Part shown: one piece after another, positions 26,263 to 36,126 of the stretch
Position numbering within the stretch: position 1 is the stretch's first letter
Layout: every line of letters starts with the position of its first letter
Source of the DNA: Pseudomonadota bacterium
GTDB lineage: Bacteria; Pseudomonadota; Gammaproteobacteria; Steroidobacterales; Woeseiaceae
Assembly (NCBI GenBank): GCA_022567295.1
Contig: JADFHE010000008.1
Location: 8,113-72,112, forward strand
Length of the DNA: 64,000 bases
Direction: 5' to 3'
Program-made: the position numbers and the translations under genes
The notes under the pieces: model-generated
What the model saw: only the letters and a program-made list of their open reading frames with translations
Told to the model about the DNA's origin: nothing
Database searches by the model: none

Positions 26263-27162
26263 GTGGCAGACAGCAAACTCAAACTTCGTGAGGGCTTCGC
26301 AGGTCAGGACATGTTCGTGATCCCACGCCCCGCGCTGGCACATGCGAAGCAACACCCGCTGGTACGCTCTGTCTATCCGACCGACATTGGCTGGTTCCCG
26401 ACAGCGGCCCACCATTACCGTGACCGGCCCAACGGGGCCAGACAGGATCACCTGATGATGTGCGTGGGCGGCCACGGCTATGTCGTCGTGAATGGCCAGA
26501 AGGCCCACCTGCAAGCTGGCGAAATGCTGATCGTCCCAAGGAAAACGCAGCACACTTACTGGGCGGCGGACGATGATCCCTGGTCTATTTACTGGGTGCA
26601 TTTTCTGGGGGAAGACATCGACTACTTTGTCGAACGCATCCCCAGAGTGGGCCAGCCTGTGCCGATCGAGGCCTCGGCACAGAGCGAAGCTGTGCGGCTG
26701 TTCCGCTACTGCCTGGATGCGTTACATGATGGCTACGGACTTCCAACCCTGATTTACGCCGCTCAATCTACGCAACACATATTGTCGCTTTTGCTGTACC
26801 GCAATCAGTCGCTACCCATGGAGCCGCGCTCCGGCAAACGACGCTCGAGCCTGGAATCTGTTGTTGAATACATGCAGCTCAACCTGGACTCGCCCCTGCG
26901 CCTTCAGGATTTTGCTCAGGAGGCCGGCATGTCGGTCAGTCACTTCTCGGAAATCTTCCGTGCACAGACGGGACAATCACCCGTGGCGTATTTCATCCAA
27001 CTACGGATGCGGCTGGCCTGTCGCCTGTTGGACCTGAGCGTCAAACCAATCAAGACGATCGCCCTGGAAACCGGTTATCGTGATCCGTACTATTTTTCGC
27101 GGGTTTTCAAGAATTCCATGGGTATTGCCCCGGGCAAGTACCGCGACATCAAGAAGGGCTGA
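26263..27162 (+). CDS. AraC-family transcriptional regulator (cupin sensor + HTH)
   Basis: 299 aa; N-terminal EGFAGQDMFVIPRP cupin-type domain; C-terminal AraC HTH (LQDFAQEAGMSVSHFSEIFRAQTGQSP ... GYRDPYYFSRVFK). Confidence 0.85.
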   Translation: MADSKLKLREGFAGQDMFVIPRPALAHAKQHPLVRSVYPTDIGWFPTAAHHYRDRPNGARQDHLMMCVGGHGYVVVNGQKAHLQAGEMLIVPRKTQHTYWAADDDPWSIYWVHFLGEDIDYFVERIPRVGQPVPIEASAQSEAVRLFRYCLDALHDGYGLPTLIYAAQSTQHILSLLLYRNQSLPMEPRSGKRRSSLESVVEYMQLNLDSPLRLQDFAQEAGMSVSHFSEIFRAQTGQSPVAYFIQLRMRLACRLLDLSVKPIKTIALETGYRDPYYFSRVFKNSMGIAPGKYRDIKKG

Positions 27163-27395
27163 ACCAGCGAATATTCCAATTTTACAGTGTGAAATACCAT
27201 AAGACAAAGCTACAGGCCTATAGGCTAGGCAAAAATCGCACGCTCGCAACGTTGTCATTTTCCGGAAGATCGTCCATCAATCAGTAGCAACATCCATTGA
27301 GCTACTAACAATCACATGCCACTATCTGCCATGAGTGTAAGGTCGTTCTCTGCGGCGACATAGAATCAACGTCATCTTGATCGGGGGATCTGCAC

Positions 27396-29915
27396 ATGAC
27401 TCATGCAAACCGGCGTACCGCCAAGCATGGTATATCGAACGCTCAATCATCCAAGAGAATTTTTTCGTTGACGCCGCTGGCAGCGGCTATTGTTGCTACG
27501 CTGGGCCCCGCAGGGCCTGCGCTAGCTCAGGAGTCCAAGACGCTCGACGAGATCATCGTTACCGCGACCAAGCGCGAAATAAACCTACAGGATGTGCCCC
27601 ACAGTATCGACGTATTGTCGGCTAGCGATCTTGCGAGAATGGGCGCCAGAGATTTGCAAGCGACGCTCAGAGCATTTCCCAGCGTTACTCTCACCGCCAT
27701 GATGCCCGGGCAGAACTCACTGGTCATCCGTGGCATTTCCACGGGACCGTTCGAGTATCGCACCGAGGCCCAGGTCGCCGTCTATCTCGACGAGCAACCG
27801 TTTACCTTCAATTCGCAGCAGGTTGGAATCCGCAATATCGATATGGCTCGAGTTGAACATCTGCCGGGGCCGCAGGGCACGCTGTTTGGCTCCAGCTCAC
27901 AAACCGGCACTATTCGCTACATTACCAACAAACCAAATATGAGCGCGTTTGGCGGACAGGTGGAAGGCCGCTATGGCATTACCTCCGGCGGCGAAGACAG
28001 CTACGAAATAAACGCTATTTTAAATATTCCGGTCAGTGATTCCCTGTCTTTGCGCGTGGTTGGGTATTCCTCCCATGACGGGGGCTATGTCGACAACGTC
28101 TTCGGCACGAGTTTTTCCGGCAATTACGACAACGCGAATCTCGTCGAGGATGACTTCAACGAATACGACGTAGACGGCGGTCGTCTCCACGTACTGTGGA
28201 ATATCAGTGACGATTGGTCGGCCTTGTTGACCGTGAGCGCCGAGAACACCGACGCCTTCGGCGTCTGGGACAGTGATGAGGCTCTGGGCGACTACAAGGT
28301 CACGCGGTTTGAGGAAGAGTTCCGCACGGACGACTGGGTCGCAACATCTCTCACGTTGGATGGCGACCTTGGTTTCGCCGACTTGTCGTTTAATGCGAGC
28401 AAGTTTGAGCGCGACATTGTCTACGAATACGACAACATGACGTACTCCCAGTGGAAGGACGCGTACTGGGGATCCGTTTACCCTTTGTATAACACCAATT
28501 ACTATAGAAGCATCGTTTTCAACGATCAGATACAAGAGCGTGAGTCGATGGAGCTGCGCCTGGCCTCGAGTGGCGACAGCCGTCTGCAATGGATGCTGGG
28601 CGCCTATTACGAAGACATCATTGACGAGTGGTATTACGGCGCCAGGCTGCCCGACTATATGAACACGTCGTCGTGGGCCTATGCGAACTCTTATTACGCC
28701 TATGTCGCTAACAACTTTGGATTTTATAACTACGACTGCGCCTGCTACGAGACCAATCCCAACGTGGCGTACCCGCTTGCGCCAACCGATATCGGTTTCT
28801 CCAATACGCTGGACCGTTCTATCGCACAAACCGCTCTGTTTGGCGAGCTGAGTTTTGACCTGACGGATGAATTGACCATTCACGGCGGAATTCGCTGGTC
28901 TGAATACGATCGCGATATCTACAGCCGGTTCGCATTCCCGGAGGGCTTACCTCCTTATTCGGATTTGATTTTAGGAAACGACGGATCGTTCAGAGATATC
29001 GGCAAGGTCGACGACATGATTTACAAAGTCGGCATCAAGTACAACCTGGACGACGATCGAATGATCTATGGCTTGTTCAGCCAGGGATTCAGGCTGGGCG
29101 GCTTCAACAACCAACGCGCAGTCAGCACTGGACGATTGCCAGCGCGGTATGGCCCGGATTATCTCGACAATTACGAGCTTGGCATCAAGAGCAGATGGTT
29201 TGGTAACCGATTGACAATTAACGCCGACTTTTTCTTCATGGAGTGGACCGACTACCAGCAGGGGGCGGATCTTGGCCAATGGTGGATGAGGGGCAACGTT
29301 AATGCCGGTGACGCCGAAACCAAGGGTATCGAAGTACAAGCCGAATGGCAGGCCACGGACAACTTGGCCTTGTCCCTGAACTTTTTTGTTGCAGACGCGA
29401 AGTTTAGCGACAACTTCTGCAATGACTATGTAGATAACGTGCACTTCGACTGCGTCATTGATGGCAATGGGGAAGCCGTATGGGCCAATGACCCATCCGA
29501 GCCGGCGGACATAGTGACCGGTATGAAGATGCCGAATTCCCCGAAGTCGACTGCCCACGCGAGTATCTACTACACGATGCCCGACGTACTCGGCGGCGAC
29601 CTCTGGTTTTATTACGACATTAGCTATAGCGCCGAGATATGGAATTCACTTAGCTCCATTCGCGGTAACAACAGGAACGGCATAGCACCCTCCTGGACTT
29701 ACAGCTCATTCTCGACCGGCCTGCAATTGCCAAACCAGCTCGATGTCGAACTGAATGTGAGAAATCTGTTCGACCAGTCAGGCTATAGCTATGTGGGGAC
29801 TTGGGAAGCCGGTAATGCAGAACTATTTGGTGATCCTCGCTACGCCAGAATAAGGGCACAGGACCGACCCCGCTCAATCTGGCTGACCCTGCGGAAAGGG
29901 TTCGGCGGCACATAG
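27396..29915 (+). CDS. TonB-dependent receptor
   Basis: 839 aa; signal peptide ending LAQE; plug motifs LDEIIVTATKREINLQDVP and EHLPGPQGTLFG. Paralogous to the receptor at 16290-18803. Confidence 0.9.
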   Translation: MTHANRRTAKHGISNAQSSKRIFSLTPLAAAIVATLGPAGPALAQESKTLDEIIVTATKREINLQDVPHSIDVLSASDLARMGARDLQATLRAFPSVTLTAMMPGQNSLVIRGISTGPFEYRTEAQVAVYLDEQPFTFNSQQVGIRNIDMARVEHLPGPQGTLFGSSSQTGTIRYITNKPNMSAFGGQVEGRYGITSGGEDSYEINAILNIPVSDSLSLRVVGYSSHDGGYVDNVFGTSFSGNYDNANLVEDDFNEYDVDGGRLHVLWNISDDWSALLTVSAENTDAFGVWDSDEALGDYKVTRFEEEFRTDDWVATSLTLDGDLGFADLSFNASKFERDIVYEYDNMTYSQWKDAYWGSVYPLYNTNYYRSIVFNDQIQERESMELRLASSGDSRLQWMLGAYYEDIIDEWYYGARLPDYMNTSSWAYANSYYAYVANNFGFYNYDCACYETNPNVAYPLAPTDIGFSNTLDRSIAQTALFGELSFDLTDELTIHGGIRWSEYDRDIYSRFAFPEGLPPYSDLILGNDGSFRDIGKVDDMIYKVGIKYNLDDDRMIYGLFSQGFRLGGFNNQRAVSTGRLPARYGPDYLDNYELGIKSRWFGNRLTINADFFFMEWTDYQQGADLGQWWMRGNVNAGDAETKGIEVQAEWQATDNLALSLNFFVADAKFSDNFCNDYVDNVHFDCVIDGNGEAVWANDPSEPADIVTGMKMPNSPKSTAHASIYYTMPDVLGGDLWFYYDISYSAEIWNSLSSIRGNNRNGIAPSWTYSSFSTGLQLPNQLDVELNVRNLFDQSGYSYVGTWEAGNAELFGDPRYARIRAQDRPRSIWLTLRKGFGGT

Positions 29916-29938
29916 TCAAGCTTGTAGCAAGCTCGGTT

Positions 29939-30838
29939 GTGCGCGGCAGCCACCAGGGCGACAGTCATGGTGGCGTCTACCTGATCGATCTTGAACACCA
30001 AACCGTTGAACAGTCGCTCGACTGGAACACCACCGACATCGATTGGCAGGGCCGCGGATGGGACCGCGGCCTGCGCGGTATTGCCTTTGACGATGACAGA
30101 ATCTATATCGCCGCAAGCGATGAACTATTCGCCTACACGCCCGATTTCAAGTTGGTTGATTCCTGGCGCAGCCCATACCTAAAGCACTGTCATGAAATCG
30201 CCGTGTTCGAGCGCACATTGTATTTGACCTCAACCGCGTATGACAGCATTCTGGGCTTTCATCTCGATAAGCACCGCTTTCACTGGGCCATGCACGTTCA
30301 GACGGCCAATTACCGATTCAATGCCGCAAGCTTTGATCCGATGTCGGATGAAGGTCCATTGATGCTGAACAAATTGCACATCAACAATGTGTTTTGTTCC
30401 GAACACGGAATGTATATTTCCGGGCTAAAAACTGGCGGCATGCTGCACTTCAACGGCAAGGACATACTCATGGCGGTACAAATGCCGCCCGGTACCCACA
30501 ATGCCCAGCCATTCCGGGACGGCGTGTTATTCAATGACAGCAACGACGACGTGTTGCGCTACACCGGCCGTGGTGAAGGCGAGGAAGACCGGGCCATGTT
30601 GGTTCCCACCTACGACCCAACTGAATTGCAACACTTGGATGCAGCGGATGACGAGGTCGCACGACCTGGATTTGCCCGTGGCCTCTGTGTTCTGTCCGAT
30701 CGAATTGTCGCAGGGGGGTCCTCGCCGTCTACCATTACCGCGTATGACCTGGAGGCGAATGAAATGCTGATTTCGGTCAACTTGAGCATGGACGTACGCA
30801 ACGCCATTCACGGACTCGAGATATGGCCATTTAACTGA
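29939..30838 (+). CDS. Hypothetical protein, possibly DUF4915/TIGR03032-like beta-propeller (recognised from memory only)
   Basis: 299-aa ORF starting (GTG) 23 nt after the receptor stop. No signal peptide. Repeated strand-like segments; PGFARGL motif near the C-terminus. Confidence 0.55.
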   Translation: MRGSHQGDSHGGVYLIDLEHQTVEQSLDWNTTDIDWQGRGWDRGLRGIAFDDDRIYIAASDELFAYTPDFKLVDSWRSPYLKHCHEIAVFERTLYLTSTAYDSILGFHLDKHRFHWAMHVQTANYRFNAASFDPMSDEGPLMLNKLHINNVFCSEHGMYISGLKTGGMLHFNGKDILMAVQMPPGTHNAQPFRDGVLFNDSNDDVLRYTGRGEGEEDRAMLVPTYDPTELQHLDAADDEVARPGFARGLCVLSDRIVAGGSSPSTITAYDLEANEMLISVNLSMDVRNAIHGLEIWPFN

Positions 30839-32852
30839 GTCCGGCGTTTCTTGACACCTCGGGCAACTCGTCAATGATATAGCCAAGCTGGTCAAGCCAT
30901 AGGTCCAGGTGTTGCTCGTAATGACGCCACTTTCCAAGGGCACCGGTGTAAATGGGCTGTCGCACCTGCTCCGAACTCGCCGTCTTGACTGGCCGTTCCG
31001 TTTCATGAAAGCGCACGCAGCTCTCCTCAAACGCTAAACCGCAATGATCCAGGATGCGCCGCACCTGGCCCTCCAAATCGGTCACCGTTTCCTCGTAGTG
31101 CACATCCAGCACCTTGCCGGGTAGCACCTCGTGCCAGTGCTTCATGATCCTGTCATATTGCTGGTAGTAGTGAGCAAGATCCAACATGTCGTAAGTGAAG
31201 TTTTGACCTGCACCGAACAACTGTTTATAGGCACCCAGGCAACTGTCAAAGGGATGCCGGCGAGCATTAATGACTTTCACATTGGGAAGTATGAGGTGAG
31301 CAAAGCCCACCAACGGAAAATTGTTGGGTAGCTTGTCTGAAAAAAACGGTTTTTGTGTTAGCCGATGCCTCTGACTCTCTTCAATATATTGCTTGCCATA
31401 GGCGCGCAAGTCCTTGTCCCGTAGATCTTTGATCGCCTCTGGATAACGAACGCCGTCGGTTCTGTATCGTCCGATCGACTCCGCAATTTTGTTCAGCAGC
31501 GGTAATTCCGACGTGCCTTCTACCTGGCTATGGCTCGCAAGAATCTGTTCCACCAATGTTGATCCAGAGCGCGGCAGGCCGACGATGAGGATCGGGTCGG
31601 GCGCATCGTAGCCGACGCCCGCTCGCTCGTTCATCAACTGTCGATCAAACACGGTTTTAATTGCTGTTTGGCGCTTCTCGATATCGAGGGGATCGTACTC
31701 CACTATCATGCGCTGGCGCTGGTTACCGCTGTGATAAAAGTGCCAGGCTTGTTCATAATCCTCTTTGTCTTCCATCGCCTTGCCCAAGGCAAAGCGAAGA
31801 TGAACATCTTCGACATCCGTCAGGTCGTCGCGCTCCAGTTGTTGCAGCATGTTTTCGATTTCTTCATCTGAAAAATTGAAGATCTTGAGATTTGCCATGC
31901 TCCAGTAGACCTGACCGAAGTTCGGTTTGGCTTTGATCGCACGTCGATAGGCTTTGACCGCACCGTCCTGATCGCCGACGGTCTTCAGCTCCCAGGCATA
32001 CGCTGCCATTACGCTTGGCGTACCGTCATCGATTGCAAATGATCTTTCGTATGCCTGCACAGCCTTTTCGGGATACATAGCACGGCCGAGAGCACTGCCC
32101 AGACCCGCCCAGGCGCGCGCGTTCCTGGGTTCGAGTTCCGTCGCTTTTTGATATGTTGCAACAGCATCCATGAACTTATTCATGTCGAGCAGCAACGCGC
32201 CAAGAGTTAGCCACGCTTCGGTAAAGTCTACGGCCGTCTGTGTGGCGCGCCGCAACAACGCCTCCGCGTCTTCCAGCCGTTTCTTGTCATGCCAGAAGGA
32301 CAAGGCCAGGTGACGCATCGCGTTGACATTATTGGGGTTCCCTTTGAGCACGTCGCGAAATACCGCCAAGGCCTCATCAAGCTTATCGGCCTGCTTGAAT
32401 TCAATGCCCTTGATGATGGCAGCGCGCTCAGGGTCAGAGTCCCTGTAATCTTTAAACGCTTCAGCGGCATCTTCGCCCCGGCCAACGGCAGTCAGCGCCT
32501 GACCCAGTTTTTTCTGCGCCAGCGGCAATGCGGGCTGCAGCGCAATCGCCTTTTCGAATTCGGGCACAGCCTCCTCAAACCTGGACTGCATTACAAGCGC
32601 GCTGCCCAGGTCTTCATATAACTGCGGGAAATCGGCATTCAGGGAGAGCGCAAAACGCAATTGCTCCTCTGCCTCTACCGCACGATTCTGCTTCATCAGT
32701 GCCAGGCTGAGCAGGCGAATATGATCGGCGCATCCTGGATGCTTATTGAGATAGTCTCGGCACGCCTCCTCGGCGCGAAGCGGCCGGTTGCGCTTCAGGA
32801 ACTCAAGCGCCCGCTGTATGTTTGCATTCTTTTCGGGTACCGCCTGATTCAT
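30831..32852 (-). CDS. TPR-repeat / sulfotransferase fusion protein (paralogue 3)
   Basis: 673 aa, collinear with paralogue 1: VYWSMANLKIFNFSDEEIENM vs AYWSLANLKTFRFSDEDIDNM; GLPRSGSTLVEQILASHSQVEGTSEL vs GLPRAGSTLLEQILASHSQVEGTAEL; INARRHP. Confidence 0.85.
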   Translation of the reverse strand: MNQAVPEKNANIQRALEFLKRNRPLRAEEACRDYLNKHPGCADHIRLLSLALMKQNRAVEAEEQLRFALSLNADFPQLYEDLGSALVMQSRFEEAVPEFEKAIALQPALPLAQKKLGQALTAVGRGEDAAEAFKDYRDSDPERAAIIKGIEFKQADKLDEALAVFRDVLKGNPNNVNAMRHLALSFWHDKKRLEDAEALLRRATQTAVDFTEAWLTLGALLLDMNKFMDAVATYQKATELEPRNARAWAGLGSALGRAMYPEKAVQAYERSFAIDDGTPSVMAAYAWELKTVGDQDGAVKAYRRAIKAKPNFGQVYWSMANLKIFNFSDEEIENMLQQLERDDLTDVEDVHLRFALGKAMEDKEDYEQAWHFYHSGNQRQRMIVEYDPLDIEKRQTAIKTVFDRQLMNERAGVGYDAPDPILIVGLPRSGSTLVEQILASHSQVEGTSELPLLNKIAESIGRYRTDGVRYPEAIKDLRDKDLRAYGKQYIEESQRHRLTQKPFFSDKLPNNFPLVGFAHLILPNVKVINARRHPFDSCLGAYKQLFGAGQNFTYDMLDLAHYYQQYDRIMKHWHEVLPGKVLDVHYEETVTDLEGQVRRILDHCGLAFEESCVRFHETERPVKTASSEQVRQPIYTGALGKWRHYEQHLDLWLDQLGYIIDELPEVSRNAGLS

Positions 32853-32870
32853 GAAAATTGTTCCAACAGC

Positions 32871-33437
32871 TCAAGCTTGCGTATTCGGCAGCTGGTCGGC
32901 TGGTACGTAGTCAAAAATAAAGGAAATACGATCCTCGCTCCCCATGTTAATCACGCTATGTTTTTTCTGGTTGTTCAGTTCATAGGCTTTACCAACCTCA
33001 AACGCATATGGCTTGCCGTCGATCGTAAAACGAACAGCCGCATTGGTCGTAATCGGTACATGGATGCGATGCCCCATGTGGAAGGAGCGCAACATGTCGC
33101 GATGCGGATGGATGCGGCCCTGAACTTTTAATTTCGCCGCCATCGCCCGAAGTAGCGTGCCGCCCGGCGCGTAATAGGTTTCGATAATGTGGTCGATCAG
33201 GGGCATGGCGACATCGGCCAGCCTATCCCAACCTGGTTCCCTGTAGATATCTCCGCCGTTCGGCCAACTCTCGTCGCAGAACAACATGACGATCGACTCG
33301 GTATCTTTATGCACTTCGTAGGTTTGCTGTCGTACTGCCTGTTCGGTCCAGGCTTCCGGCTCCTGAGCTAAAATCCTTTCGCTCAGAGCCTGCACGTCAA
33401 CTTCTCCGAGACATCGTTGCGCGCCTTCGATATCCAT
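32871..33437 (-). CDS. Aspartyl/asparaginyl beta-hydroxylase-family (cupin, Fe2+/2-oxoglutarate dioxygenase-like) protein
   Basis: 188 aa; HPHRDMLRSFHMGHRIHVPI and KKHSVINMG motifs are typical of the Asp_Arg_Hydrox family. Lies 18 nt upstream of sulfotransferase paralogue 3 on the same strand. Confidence 0.7.
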   Translation of the reverse strand: MDIEGAQRCLGEVDVQALSERILAQEPEAWTEQAVRQQTYEVHKDTESIVMLFCDESWPNGGDIYREPGWDRLADVAMPLIDHIIETYYAPGGTLLRAMAAKLKVQGRIHPHRDMLRSFHMGHRIHVPITTNAAVRFTIDGKPYAFEVGKAYELNNQKKHSVINMGSEDRISFIFDYVPADQLPNTQA

Positions 33438-33553
33438 GCGGTTTCCTCATAATAAGGTGGAATCCCATATTTTACAGAACAGTGGCTGTCGTGTGTTGGT
33501 CATTTCAATTGGGTAAACTGTTCACAGAATTTGAAGAGTCCAGGAATAAATGA

Positions 33554-34855
33554 ATGGTAAGAACCCTACTCGGTGTGCTGATAGCCAGTGTTTCGATCAG
33601 CGCATTGGCGCAGACCAATCGCATCGATATTGTCCGCCATGACGCGCCCGAGCTCGCCCGTTTCGGCCAGTACGATATTGGCGTGCGTACGATCGTGCTC
33701 ACCGATCCGGATCGTCCCGACATCCTGAATACCGCCCAAGGTGGCAAGACCACGTTTTACGATCGCAACCTGACCGTCGAAGTCTGGTACCCCGCCCTGC
33801 TCGCTGAAAATCAGCAGCCCGGCGGTGAGTACACGACCACAACACGAAACCCGGCCGTTACTGCAACCTTGCATGGCAGAGCCGTCAGAGATGCTGCCGC
33901 ATTGGCAAGCGCCGGGGCAATGCCACTCGTCATAATATCTCACGGTTATCCGGGCAATCGTTATCTCATGAGCCACCTTGGCGAGAACCTGGCAAGTAAA
34001 GGATATGTGGTGGCCTCCATCGATCACCGCGACAGCACCTATAACGACAAGCAGGCGATTGCGAGCACGCTGTACAATCGCCCGCTGGACCAGCTGTTCG
34101 TCCTGGAGCAGATGGCCGTCTTGTCAGACGGCGACGCCAGTTTTCTTAGCGGCATGGTGGACGCCGAACATACCGGTATTGTCGGTTATTCGATGGGTGG
34201 CTACGGTCTGATTATTAATCTCGGCGGTGGCTACAGCGATGCAGTTGTCGCTCACGATGAAGCACCTCCTAACGCGTTAGCAAAACGCCACGCAGCGGCC
34301 AACCCGGACTTTCGCAAGAATCTCGATTCAAGAATCAAGGCGGGGTTCGCCGTGGCACCCTGGGGTATGGCAGATGAGGTCTGGAATCCGGATGATTTGA
34401 AGGGCATCGAGGTGCCGACCTTCTATTTGGCCGGCAGTGTCGACGCGACGTCTGGTTACGAAGACGGTACGCGTGCCATTTACTTAAACGCGACCCACAG
34501 TGATCGCTACCTGCTGACCTATATCAATGCTGGCCACAACGCCATTGCGCCGATTCCTCTGCCGGTTGAAATTCTCAACAGCGAAGACCAGACCGGTGCG
34601 TCTCACTACACAGATCCGGTGTGGGATTCAGTTCGCTCGGCCAACATCATGAATCACTTCGCCACGGCATTTTTTGACTATTATTTGAAAGACAACACGG
34701 AAAGACTGACCTACCTGAAACTCGTACCGAACTCCCAGGATGGCGTCTACTCTGTCGAGGATGAGCAACAAACTGACGCGCACACTTACTGGAAGGGATT
34801 CGCCGAAGGCACGGCACGCGGTTTACTGCTTGAGCATCTCGAGCCTGCAGAGTAG
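33554..34855 (+). CDS. Exported alpha/beta hydrolase (PAF-acetylhydrolase/dienelactone-hydrolase-like esterase)
   Basis: 433 aa; signal peptide; [13 protein letters not shown] and the nucleophile elbow GYSMGGYG. Confidence 0.7.
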   Translation: MVRTLLGVLIASVSISALAQTNRIDIVRHDAPELARFGQYDIGVRTIVLTDPDRPDILNTAQGGKTTFYDRNLTVEVWYPALLAENQQPGGEYTTTTRNPAVTATLHGRAVRDAAALASAGAMPLVIISHGYPGNRYLMSHLGENLASKGYVVASIDHRDSTYNDKQAIASTLYNRPLDQLFVLEQMAVLSDGDASFLSGMVDAEHTGIVGYSMGGYGLIINLGGGYSDAVVAHDEAPPNALAKRHAAANPDFRKNLDSRIKAGFAVAPWGMADEVWNPDDLKGIEVPTFYLAGSVDATSGYEDGTRAIYLNATHSDRYLLTYINAGHNAIAPIPLPVEILNSEDQTGASHYTDPVWDSVRSANIMNHFATAFFDYYLKDNTERLTYLKLVPNSQDGVYSVEDEQQTDAHTYWKGFAEGTARGLLLEHLEPAE

Positions 34856-34860
34856 TCAAA

Positions 34861-35361
34861 ATGGGACGCTGGCGACCACCCGCTCCAAGCTCATCGCCGT
34901 ACATCACACCGGCAGGCTTTGCTGCTTTACAAAAGGAGTTGAATGACATCTGGTTGCGCCGCCGAGATGTTGTCAAGGCTCTGGCAGCGGCTGCCGCCGA
35001 GGGCGATCGTTCGGAGAATGCCGAATACATTTACCGTAAGAAAGAATTGGGTGGTTTGGATCGACGGATTCGCTATCTGCAGAAACGCCTGCCCATCTTA
35101 AACGTGGTTCGAGACCTCCCCGACGGTGACGCAGTTTATTTCGGAGCGATTGTGGAAGTGCGCGATGATGACGACGACATCTACACCTATCGAATCGTGG
35201 GGCCGGATGAAACGGACGCCAAGATATCTGCAATCAGTATAGATTCGCCGCTTGCCAAGGCTCTGCTGGCCAAGCGTGTGGATGATGAAATTGTGGTCAA
35301 AACTGAAGAAAAAACGACCACGATGAGAATTGTGTCGATTCGTTATAAACAGCAGCAGTAA
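34861..35361 (+). CDS. greB: Transcription elongation factor GreB
   Basis: [45 protein letters not shown] and C-terminal [10 protein letters not shown] motifs. Confidence 0.85.
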   Translation: MGRWRPPAPSSSPYITPAGFAALQKELNDIWLRRRDVVKALAAAAAEGDRSENAEYIYRKKELGGLDRRIRYLQKRLPILNVVRDLPDGDAVYFGAIVEVRDDDDDIYTYRIVGPDETDAKISAISIDSPLAKALLAKRVDDEIVVKTEEKTTTMRIVSIRYKQQQ

Positions 35362-35368
35362 CCTACCT

Positions 35369-36019
35369 TCAGAATCTCCACCAGTAGAGGTTTAGGTCTG
35401 CCTCGCAACCTTGCAACTGCGCCCACCATTCTTTCGCCCGACGGTCGACGCGCCGCGCCGATTTCTTGAGCCAGCTTTTTTCTTCGTAGGTTCCGCGAAG
35501 CCAGCCAGCCTGACCTTCGTGGTAGGCGAGATACTGATTGTACGGATCCCATTTGGAAATTCCTGCGAGTTTGTCCGACAGGTCTGTGTACCAACCGATG
35601 AAGTCGATGGCATCGTCGAAATCGTCCCGGTCAGCAGACTGTCGACCCGTATCATTTTTGTACCGGACCCAGGTACTGTCGAGCGCCTGCGCGAACCCGT
35701 AGGCATTGGACTTTCGCTTCCAGGGTATGAACCCCAACAATTTTGACCGTGGTGGTTTCGCGTTAAATCTGAATGACGACTCCTGGTGGATTATCGCCAG
35801 CTGTATGTGAGTTGGCGTGCCCCAACGCTCCTCAGATTTTTTCGCCGCCCGGTACCAGTCGCGCCTGTCCCCGAAGATTTTACAAATGTCTTCGACATTT
35901 CGCGGCGTTCTGTTGTCATAAACGGTAATTGCACCGAATGAGAGCCCGCCCAGCAACAGGTAGCCCAGCCATGCGCGCCGTGGCTTAGACTTACGAGACT
36001 TTCTGGAAAGTCTTGGCAT
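35369..36019 (-). CDS. Transglycosylase SLT-domain protein, membrane-anchored
   Basis: 216 aa; N-terminal basic region plus a TM segment; AIIHQESSF (catalytic Glu) and AYGFAQALDSTW motifs. Confidence 0.7.
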   Translation of the reverse strand: MPRLSRKSRKSKPRRAWLGYLLLGGLSFGAITVYDNRTPRNVEDICKIFGDRRDWYRAAKKSEERWGTPTHIQLAIIHQESSFRFNAKPPRSKLLGFIPWKRKSNAYGFAQALDSTWVRYKNDTGRQSADRDDFDDAIDFIGWYTDLSDKLAGISKWDPYNQYLAYHEGQAGWLRGTYEEKSWLKKSARRVDRRAKEWWAQLQGCEADLNLYWWRF

Positions 36020-36126
36020 GTCGATGATTTAACTGCCAACTTCTAGCCCAAGTGACCCAGTATACCGCGTTCGGCCCGGCCGTGCCGTCGTGACAGATTT
36101 TCGGTTCAGTTGGCAACCCGAATTTA

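Noticed and set aside
27163-27395. Possible riboswitch (for example cobalamin) or structured leader upstream of the second TonB-dependent receptor. A GCCACT-like string and a 6-bp hairpin AGTAGC/GCTACT are present.
   Set aside because: There is no extended B12-box or conserved multi-helix architecture. The isolated short matches are insufficient.
36020-36126. I looked for the missing C-terminal part of the aldehyde dehydrogenase, or a second mobile-element end, at the lower border of the copper module.
   Set aside because: None of the three minus-strand frames shows ALDH C-terminal motifs or IS-type terminal repeats.
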